From Gemmatimonadales bacterium (GTDB lineage: Bacteria; Gemmatimonadota; Gemmatimonadetes; Gemmatimonadales; GWC2-71-9), in the NCBI GenBank assembly GCA_036377655.1, contig DASUXZ010000098.1, positions 1 to 37,534 on the forward strand: a stretch of 37,534 nucleotides of DNA, in the 5' to 3' direction. The position numbers and the translations under genes were made by a program. Position 1 is the stretch's first letter. The number at the start of each line of letters is the position of its first letter. This document shows positions 1 through 6,722 of this stretch, one piece after another. Under the pieces are notes generated by a model. The model was not told the origin of the DNA. It did no database searches and was given only the letters and a program-made list of their open reading frames with translations.

Positions 1-14
1 GGAAGTCGAGGCGC

Positions 15-932
15 ATGGCACAGAGAGAAGAGGCCGCGGAGTCGCCGCTCGTGCTCGTGGCCAACGACCAGGAGTGGTCGGCCCGCTCGCTCGAGAGCAT
101 CCTGGCGCCGAACGGCTACGCCGTCATCCGCGCCCATACCGGGCAGCAGGCCCTCGATCAGGCGCGGTCCCAGCGCCCCGACCTGATCATCCTGGATGCG
201 CAGATGCCGGACCTCCACGGGTTCGACGTCTGCCGCATGCTGCGGGACGATCCCCGGTTCAGCGCCACGACACCGATCATCATCACGACGAGCGGGCCGT
301 CCGGGCGGGCGCAGCGGCTCGAAGCCTATCGGGCGGGCGCCTGGGAGTTTCTCGGCCAGCCGGTCGATGGCGAGGCCCTGCTCCTCAAGCTCCGGACGTT
401 CGTCCAGTCCAAGCTCGAGGTGGACGCCCTCCGGGACGACACCCTGCTCGACACGGCCACCGGCTTCTACAACATGCGCGGCCTGGCCCGGCGCGCCCGC
501 GAGATCGGTTCCGAGGCCCGGCGCCGCCGGCAGCCCCTCTCCTGCGTGGTGTTCGCGGCCGACGAAGGGACGCTCGACAATGAGTCGGCGGGCGTGACCG
601 AGCGGATCGGCCGCATCTTCCGCGAGGCCGGGCGGTCGTCGGACGCCGTCGGCCGCCTGGCGCATGGGGAGTTCGCATTCATCGCTCCGGCGACCGGCCC
701 GCAGGGCGCGCACCGCCTCGCCGAGCGCCTCGGGGATATCGTCGATGCCGCAGCCGTGGCGCGGGAAGGGAACGGCCCGATCCGTCTTCGCGCCGGCTAC
801 TGCGCGGTCGCCGACTTCGGCACCTCCGACGTCGATGCCGTCGAGCTCCTGCTTCGCGCCACCTCCGCCCTCCGCCAGCTCCGCGAGTCGGGCGATGCCG
901 AACGGATCCGGGAGTTCGCGGCCCGCAACTGA
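15..932 (+). CDS. Response regulator: atypical CheY-like receiver fused to a degenerate GGDEF domain
   Basis: ATG at 15. Receiver motifs are LVLVANDQE, DLIILDAQMPDLHGFDV and PIIITTSG. The usual K-P is Q-P (EFLGQP) and the acidic DD pair is ND. The C-terminal GGDEF-like domain reads DTATGFYNMRGL ... RSSDAVGRLAHGEFAFI: the A-site is AHGEF (nt 660-674) and an RxxD motif sits 5 residues upstream (nt 633-644). A hairpin terminator follows. Confidence 0.8.
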   Translation: MAQREEAAESPLVLVANDQEWSARSLESILAPNGYAVIRAHTGQQALDQARSQRPDLIILDAQMPDLHGFDVCRMLRDDPRFSATTPIIITTSGPSGRAQRLEAYRAGAWEFLGQPVDGEALLLKLRTFVQSKLEVDALRDDTLLDTATGFYNMRGLARRAREIGSEARRRRQPLSCVVFAADEGTLDNESAGVTERIGRIFREAGRSSDAVGRLAHGEFAFIAPATGPQGAHRLAERLGDIVDAAAVAREGNGPIRLRAGYCAVADFGTSDVDAVELLLRATSALRQLRESGDAERIREFAARN

Positions 933-975
933 GGGATCACGAGGCGCACCACGCTCACCCGAAGGATCGACGCGA

Positions 976-1013
976 AACCGCCCCTCGAGCGATCGAGGGG
1001 CGGTTCGTTTTGT
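976..1013 (+). terminator. Rho-independent terminator between convergent genes
   Basis: Perfect 13-bp stem aaccgcccctcga (976-988) / tcgaggggcggtt (993-1005) with 4-nt loop gcga, followed by cgttttgt. It lies 44 nt after the stop at 932 and 35 nt from the convergent gene end at 1048. Confidence 0.75.
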
Positions 1014-1047
1014 CCTCACGTCCCGGCTCGAAGATCCGGGGCCGACC

Positions 1048-3435
1048 TCATGACCCGGCCGCGAGCTCGCCCACGGGCTCTTCGTCCGCCGTGTACCCGT
1101 ACACGTACCGGTAGTACTTGTACTGGCCGTCCGAGGTGCGGACGTCATTGAGGACGGCGCCCAGGATCCGGACAGGGAGCCGGTCGAGAAGCTTGAGCTT
1201 GGCCTCGGCCATGGCGCGGTCCGTCTCTCCCGAGCGGAGCACCAGCATGATGTTGCCCGTAGCCGTGCCGAGCACGAACGGGTCGATGCCGGCGCCGAGC
1301 GGCGGGCTGTCCACGATGATCACGTTGTAGCGCGCCTTGAGGGTGGCCATGAGGTCCCGCATGGCGGCCGAGCCGAGGAGCTCGGGGCCGTGGTGATGGC
1401 GCGTGCCGCACGGAATGAGCGTGAGGTTCTTGTGCGTGGTGGCGCGCGGGATTTCGTCGAGCGTGGCCTCTCCCCGCAGGCAGTCGAGGAGGCCGGGGCG
1501 CCGGTCCGTATTGAACATCCGGTGCAGCTCGCCACGGCGGATGTCGCCGTCGATGAGGAGCGTCCGGTACCCGGCCTCCGCGAACGAGAGCGCGAGATTC
1601 GACGAGACGAGCGACTTGCCGTCGCCCGGCTCGGGGCTCGAGATCGTGAGCATGACCGGGCCCGCCGCACCGTAGGAGTGCGCCAGGTTCATGCGGATGG
1701 TGCGGAACGCCTCGACCACCTGGGCCGCTTCCTCCGCGTCGCGGTCGCTCGACTGCACCCGCTTGATGGCCGGGATGGCGCCGAGGATGCTGAGGCCGAG
1801 CTCCCTCGTGACCTGCTCCGGATAGCGGAAGCGCTTGTCGAGCCGGTCGAGCAGCAAGGCAAGGCCGAGCGCCAGGCCGAGGCTGATGCCGAAGGCGGCG
1901 AGGATGATCATGAGCGCGCTGTTGCTGCTCGGGCGCTGCGGCTCGACGGCCGGGTCGAGCACCTCGACGTCGGGAATGGCGCTCGCCTCGGCGAGGCGCG
2001 CCGACTGGTACTGGATCTGGAGGTTCGCGTGCATCTGCGCGAGCACGTCCCGATCCCGCATCAGGCTTTCCTCGGTGATCTGGCGACCCGGCATCGACTT
2101 GAGCTCGCCCTCGGCCTGGCCGAGGGTGGACTGCAGCGCCAGCTCCTGGGAGCGGAGCGCGCTGCTCAGCGTGCCGATGTGCTGCGGGATCACCTGCGTG
2201 CGGAGCGTGCTGATCTTCTCCTTCACGTCCTGCACGTTCTGCGACTTGTCGGTGTAGCGGAACGAGAGGTTCTGGAGCTCGAGCTCGTACTCCGCGAGCG
2301 CCTTGAGCGCGTTGTTGAGGTCGGCGGAGACGGCCGTGGACTGGATCGTCTGCAGCTCCGCTCCGACCGGCTGGCCGGTGCGGGCCCGCTCGAGCACCGT
2401 ATTGAGGCGCTGCCGGTCCTGCTGGATCTGCTCGAGCTGCGCGCGCTTCATGAAGTAGTCGGTCATCACCGTGTTCTGGGTGAGGCCGATGCCCGGCGCG
2501 ACGGCGGTGCCCTGCGTGGGACGCGTGATCGTCGCGGTCTGGAAGCTCGCGAGCTTCGCGTCCGCGACCTTGAGCGACTCGCCCACCTGCTGGAGCTTCT
2601 CCTCGAGCGTGATCGCGGTGGCCGTGGTCCGGCGGCGCTTGAGCTCGCCGGCGTAGTTCACGAACCGCTCGCCGATCGTATTGAGCGTGCGGGTGAGGCG
2701 CGCCGGATCCGCCCCGCTCAGCGAGACGAGGAGGAAGTTGCCCTCCTGCATCATGTTCGTGACGATGTCCTTCTGGAGCGCCGTGCTCGCGTCACGCGGC
2801 GTCATGAGATCGAACTCGATCTCCCGGTCGGCGCCGAGGAGCGATGCCGGCGGACGCCAGAGCATCCCGGCCTTCTCGCCGATCGAATCCCCGACGGCAC
2901 CCTGGTCCACCACCCGGCCTTCCCTGGTGCGCAGCGAGAAGCGGCGCCCCGTCTCGTCCACCTCGAGGACGTACGACGCCGGCCGCCACGGCCAGCGGGC
3001 GTCGAAGCTCTTGAAGAGGAGCGAGTCGGAGACCTTCTTCGGCTGCAGGAACAGCTTCTCCTGCACGATGACGCTGTCGAGCACCTGGGCCGTCGTGAGG
3101 AGCTGGACCCAGTTCTGGCCCTCGATCAGGCCCTTGCTCTCGCCGATCTGCCGGCCGTCTCCCCCCTCGGGTGAGCGGATGTAGATCGTGGAATTGACCG
3201 TGTAGATGGGGTCGATGAACCGGGTGGCGAGGAGGCCGATGCCGGTCCCGACGACCACGACCGCGAGGATGAGCCAGCGATAGCGCCTGATGGCCGCGAG
3301 GTACCGGCCGAGCTGCATCCCCCCTTCCGGCTCCATCGGCGGGAGCGGCTGCGGGGCAGGAGGTGCCGGAGGGGCGCCTTCCACGTAGGGTTGGACCGCG
3401 CCGGGCTCACTCGGGGGTAGCAGGTTGCCAGCCAT
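1048..3435 (-). CDS. Polysaccharide co-polymerase / bacterial tyrosine autokinase (Wzc/EpsB/GumC type chain-length determinant)
   Basis: 795 aa. There is an N-terminal TM helix (WLILAVVVVGTGIGLLA), a long coiled-coil periplasmic region and a second TM (ALMIILAAFGISLGLALGLALLL). The C-terminal kinase carries Walker A SSPEPGDGKS, Walker A' LLIDGDIRRG and Walker B IIVDSPP. The C-terminal Tyr cluster is DGQYKYYRYVYGYTADEE. ATG at 3435 with GGAG 10 nt upstream; an internal Met-34 start is not excluded. Confidence 0.85.
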   Translation of the reverse strand: MAGNLLPPSEPGAVQPYVEGAPPAPPAPQPLPPMEPEGGMQLGRYLAAIRRYRWLILAVVVVGTGIGLLATRFIDPIYTVNSTIYIRSPEGGDGRQIGESKGLIEGQNWVQLLTTAQVLDSVIVQEKLFLQPKKVSDSLLFKSFDARWPWRPASYVLEVDETGRRFSLRTREGRVVDQGAVGDSIGEKAGMLWRPPASLLGADREIEFDLMTPRDASTALQKDIVTNMMQEGNFLLVSLSGADPARLTRTLNTIGERFVNYAGELKRRRTTATAITLEEKLQQVGESLKVADAKLASFQTATITRPTQGTAVAPGIGLTQNTVMTDYFMKRAQLEQIQQDRQRLNTVLERARTGQPVGAELQTIQSTAVSADLNNALKALAEYELELQNLSFRYTDKSQNVQDVKEKISTLRTQVIPQHIGTLSSALRSQELALQSTLGQAEGELKSMPGRQITEESLMRDRDVLAQMHANLQIQYQSARLAEASAIPDVEVLDPAVEPQRPSSNSALMIILAAFGISLGLALGLALLLDRLDKRFRYPEQVTRELGLSILGAIPAIKRVQSSDRDAEEAAQVVEAFRTIRMNLAHSYGAAGPVMLTISSPEPGDGKSLVSSNLALSFAEAGYRTLLIDGDIRRGELHRMFNTDRRPGLLDCLRGEATLDEIPRATTHKNLTLIPCGTRHHHGPELLGSAAMRDLMATLKARYNVIIVDSPPLGAGIDPFVLGTATGNIMLVLRSGETDRAMAEAKLKLLDRLPVRILGAVLNDVRTSDGQYKYYRYVYGYTADEEPVGELAAGS

Positions 3436-3504
3436 CGTTGCAACACTCCACGAAAACCTTTGGGTGACCCCGGGATGCGGGGATGGGCCGTCCGGGGGCC
3501 CTGA

Positions 3505-3523
3505 CGCAAACTAAGTACCGCAG
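3505..3523 (-). promoter_or_regulatory. Candidate sigma54 (-24/-12) promoter upstream of the Wzc-type gene
   Basis: The minus strand reads CTGCGGTACTTAGTTTGCGTC. GG (3519-3518) and GC (3507-3506) have the canonical spacing of TGGCACG-N4-TTGCW. By my alignment 9 of 12 defined consensus positions match, including the invariant GG/GC and TTGC. It lies about 70 nt upstream of the ATG at 3435, and a sigma54 activator gene is divergent. Confidence 0.5.
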
Positions 3524-3573
3524 CGGGGGCTCGCAGTGGCGCAGGTCCCCAACGTGCGCGGTGGACCCGCCTT

Positions 3574-3605
3574 TGCATCCCTACCGCACCTGACGCAGGG
3601 ATGCA
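3574..3605. promoter_or_regulatory. Inverted repeat TGCATCCCT-N14-AGGGATGCA (possible enhancer/UAS or operator)
   Basis: Perfect 9-bp arms at 3574-3582 and 3597-3605. The centre is about 95 bp upstream of the start predicted from the sigma54 promoter. The right arm abuts the candidate -35 of the divergent activator gene. Confidence 0.4.
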
Positions 3606-3633
3606 TGACAGTGTGTCGCCGGGAAGCTACATT
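3605..3633 (+). promoter_or_regulatory. Candidate sigma70-type promoter for the NtrC-family gene
   Basis: ATGACA (3605-3610), 17-nt spacer, TACATT (3628-3633). This would give a leader of roughly 110 nt before the ATG at 3752. Confidence 0.3.
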
Positions 3634-3751
3634 GGTGGTGTCGTGGCGCAACAATGGGGTGTGGCTTCGAGCACACGATTTGCTAGGATCTGCCCCAGTC
3701 TGTGGTACTCGCGAAACTGTTTTCGATCGGACCAGCGCCAAGGAGCCTGAG

Positions 3752-5281
3752 ATGGGCAGCTCGCTCGCCTACAACGTCAAGCGGCCGGACGGGAGTTCGC
3801 CTTCCGATACGGAGCGGGATCCGCTCTCGATCCCGGGGGAGGTGAAGGCCAGTATCCGGATCCTCGTCGTGGACGACGAGCGGACCCTCCGGGAGAGCTG
3901 CGCGAGCGTCCTCCAGATGGACGGCTTCAACGTCACGGTGATGGGGCGGGGCGAGGAGGCGCTCGAGACGGTCCGGCGCCGCAAGTTCGACATCATCCTC
4001 GTCGACCTCTACATGTCCCAGGTCTCGGGGCTCGAGATCCTTCGCGCGGCGCTCGACGCCTACCGCGACACGATCGTCGTGGTGATGACGGGGAACCCGA
4101 GCGTCACGAGCAGCATCGAGGCGCTCAGGGCCGGCGCCTGGGACTATCTCCCGAAGCCGTTCTCCGCCACACACCTGCAGGTGCTCGTCGGCCGCGCGTC
4201 GCATGCGGTCATGGTGGGGCGGGAGGCGCAGGACCTCCGCCTTCAGCTCATGAAGCAGCATGGGCACAGCGACAAGATCGCGCTCATCGGGATGTCGCCG
4301 GCATTCCGCAAGGCGGTCGAGCTGGCCCGGAAGGTCGCGGCGACGGACGCGTCGGTCTTCATCAGCGGCGAGAGCGGGACGGGCAAGGAGGTCATCGCCC
4401 AGTTCATCCACCAGAACAGCCGCCGTGCGAGCCGGGCGCTCGTGCCGATCAACTGCGCGGCCCTGCCGGAGGGGCTGCTCGAGAGCGAGCTCTTCGGCCA
4501 CCGGAAGGGTGCGTTCACGGGCGCCGACCGGGACAAGCCCGGCCTCCTCGAGACCGCGAACGGCGGGACGCTCTTCCTCGACGAGCTCACCGAGATGTCG
4601 ATGCCGCTCCAGGCCAAGCTCCTCCGCGTCATCCAGGACGGCGTCGTCCGGCGCGTGGGCAGCGAGACCCAGGACGCGGTCGTGGACGTGCGGTTCATCT
4701 CCGCCACCAACCGGGATCCGCAGGAGGCCGTCGACCAGGGGGCGCTCCGCGGCGACCTCTTCTACCGCCTCCGCGTCGTGCCGATCAAGCTTCCGCCGCT
4801 CCGGAAGCGGCTCGAGGACATCCCGCTCCTCGCCAATCATTTCCTGACGTATTACTGGCAGCGCCATCGCCAGATGGGCGACCGGCTTCCCAAGCTGAGC
4901 GAGGAGAGCATCGCCTACCTGCGCTCGCGCCCCTGGCGCGGCAACGTCCGCGAGCTGCAGAACGCCATCGAGCACGTGGCCGTGCTCGCGGAGCCGGACC
5001 AGGTCATCCAGCCGGATCACATCCCGATCTACGACGACGGGCAGCCCGAGTGGCCGGCCGATGCGCCCGTGTCGTCGCCGGCGGTGATGGACGAGGCGTA
5101 CCATGCGGCCAAGGATCGCGTCATCGCCCAGTTCGAGCGCGAGTACCTGTCGCGGCTGGTCGGCCGCGCCGGCGGCAACATGTCGAAGGCCGCGCGGCTC
5201 GCGAGCATCGACCGGACGACGCTCTACCGCCTGATGGACAAGCACGCCTTCCAGCGCAACGACGTGCTCGAGGACGGCTGA
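3752..5281 (+). CDS. Sigma54-dependent response regulator (NtrC family enhancer-binding protein)
   Basis: I chose the internal ATG at 3752 with AAGGAG at 3740-3745; the track ORF starts at 3536. The receiver is canonical: ILVVDDE, ILVDLYM, VVVMTGN, DYLPKPF. The AAA+ sigma54-interaction domain carries GESGTGKE, ESELFGHRKGAFTGA (GAFTGA loop), TLFLDE, RVIQDG and RFISATN. The C-terminal Fis-type HTH reads GGNMSKAARLASIDRTTLYRLM. Confidence 0.9.
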   Translation: MGSSLAYNVKRPDGSSPSDTERDPLSIPGEVKASIRILVVDDERTLRESCASVLQMDGFNVTVMGRGEEALETVRRRKFDIILVDLYMSQVSGLEILRAALDAYRDTIVVVMTGNPSVTSSIEALRAGAWDYLPKPFSATHLQVLVGRASHAVMVGREAQDLRLQLMKQHGHSDKIALIGMSPAFRKAVELARKVAATDASVFISGESGTGKEVIAQFIHQNSRRASRALVPINCAALPEGLLESELFGHRKGAFTGADRDKPGLLETANGGTLFLDELTEMSMPLQAKLLRVIQDGVVRRVGSETQDAVVDVRFISATNRDPQEAVDQGALRGDLFYRLRVVPIKLPPLRKRLEDIPLLANHFLTYYWQRHRQMGDRLPKLSEESIAYLRSRPWRGNVRELQNAIEHVAVLAEPDQVIQPDHIPIYDDGQPEWPADAPVSSPAVMDEAYHAAKDRVIAQFEREYLSRLVGRAGGNMSKAARLASIDRTTLYRLMDKHAFQRNDVLEDG

Positions 5282-5301
5282 ATCTGGAAAGCACGCGCGT
5301 C

Positions 5302-6462
5302 GTGAGCGGAACGGCGGGCAGCGAGCGCCGGCGGCCGGGGCCCCAGGGCGCCGCGCCGCCGGCGCACGTCTGGGACCCCGCCCCGGCGCCGGCCGGGCCA
5401 CTCGCGCCTGCCCTCTGGGGCGCGCTGCAACGTGCGGTGGAGCAGGCCCAGCACCAGTGGGACAAGGTGGTCGAGCACGCCGTCACGCCGGAGGAAGCCG
5501 CGACGAACCTCGCCGCCCTCGCCAACGTCCTTCGCGCGTGCGCGGCCGGCGGCGACGCCGACCTCGAGTCGCTGCCGCGGACCCAGCTCGCCCGGCGGCT
5601 CGTCTCGGTGGTGCGCACCGGGTTCGTCGAGCAGGCCGCCGCGCTCGTACCGGCGCCGGACGGGGCCGGGCTGCTCGCCGTATTCGCCGCGTTCGAGCGC
5701 GTGGCGCGGCATCTCGAGCCCGACTGGGCGCAGCACCTCGCCGACCGCCTGACCGGCCCCGACGGGCTCGAGCTCGTGGTCGAAGTGGCGCACGACCTCC
5801 GCTCGCCGCTCACGTCCATCCTCTTCCTCGCCGAAACGCTGCAGCGCGGCCGGAGCGGCCCGGTGACGGAGGTGCAGGAGCGGCAGCTCGGGCTCGTCTA
5901 CAGCGCCGCGTTCGGGCTGAGCGCCATGGCGAGCGACGTGATCGAGCTCGCGCGCGGCGGCGACCGCCTCGTCGACCTCGACCCGATTCCGTTCTCCGTC
6001 CGCGACATCCTCGAATCGGTGCGCGACATCGTGCTGCCGATCGCGGAAGAGAAGGGCCTCACCGTCCGCCTCGAGTACCCGAAGGGCGACTTCCGCATCG
6101 GCCACCCCGTGGCACTGAGCCGCGTGCTGCTCAACCTCACCACGAACGCGCTCAAGTTCACGAACGAGGGGCACGTCGAGCTCGTGGGTCGCGAGGCGGC
6201 CCCGGGCAGGGTCGAGTTCAGCGTTCGCGATACCGGGCGCGGCATCCCGCCGCAGAACATGGCCACGCTCTACGAGCCCTTCCGGCGCCGCCAGCGCGAA
6301 GGCGAGTACGCCTTCTCGGGCACCGGCCTCGGCCTCTCGATCTGCCGGAAGCTCGTCGAGGCGATGGGCTCGCGCCTCGAGGTCGAGACCGAGGCGGGGA
6401 AGGGAACGCGGTTCCATTTCATCCTCGACCTCCCCTCCGCCGGCCAGTCGGGCGGCCTCTGA
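5302..6462 (+). CDS. Soluble sensor histidine kinase (HisKA + HATPase_c, no TM segments seen)
   Basis: H-box EVAHDLRSPLTSILFLAE, N-box LLNLTTNALKFT, G1 VRDTGRGIP and G2 GTGLGLSICRKLV. The start is uncertain: GTG 5302 is the first start after the NtrC stop at 5281, and CTG 5284 is possible. The track ORF start at 5050 overlaps the preceding gene. The roughly 170-aa N-terminal region has no motif I recognise. Confidence 0.8.
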   Translation: MSGTAGSERRRPGPQGAAPPAHVWDPAPAPAGPLAPALWGALQRAVEQAQHQWDKVVEHAVTPEEAATNLAALANVLRACAAGGDADLESLPRTQLARRLVSVVRTGFVEQAAALVPAPDGAGLLAVFAAFERVARHLEPDWAQHLADRLTGPDGLELVVEVAHDLRSPLTSILFLAETLQRGRSGPVTEVQERQLGLVYSAAFGLSAMASDVIELARGGDRLVDLDPIPFSVRDILESVRDIVLPIAEEKGLTVRLEYPKGDFRIGHPVALSRVLLNLTTNALKFTNEGHVELVGREAAPGRVEFSVRDTGRGIPPQNMATLYEPFRRRQREGEYAFSGTGLGLSICRKLVEAMGSRLEVETEAGKGTRFHFILDLPSAGQSGGL

Positions 6463-6722
6463 CCCTACCAGCAGCCCGCTGCCGGACATACCTTTAGCCC
6501 GCTCTCCGTGGTTCGACGGAGGCGCCGCAGGTCGCCGCCCATGATCGCGGCGGGGGCGGTCGGTGCGCCGGGAACGGCCGCGCCGGCCAGCCACCCGCTT
6601 CGAGTGGGACGGCGGATGCGGCCGCAATCAACCCGCCGGCACGCCGGCGCTCGACGGTCTCCTCGCCCTGGGCGGGGCAGGCGCGCGGGCGCACGGCGCC
6701 GCCGGCCGCACCCGAGTCCTTC

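Noticed and set aside
3752-6462. Assigning the activator/kinase pair to the PEP-CTERM/exosortase PrsR-PrsK system because of the adjacent tyrosine-kinase EPS gene.
   Set aside because: PrsK-type kinases are large polytopic membrane proteins, whereas this kinase has no TM segments. No exosortase or PEP-CTERM genes are in the window. The assignment cannot be supported from sequence alone.
6495-6525. A tRNA-like T-arm (ctccg-tggttcga-cggag, containing GGTTCGA) in the 260-bp gap after the histidine kinase.
   Set aside because: The loop is 8 nt rather than 7. No complementary 7-bp acceptor stem, D-arm or anticodon arm can be drawn in the flanking ~70 nt. It is most likely a chance hairpin, or at best a weak terminator without a T-run.
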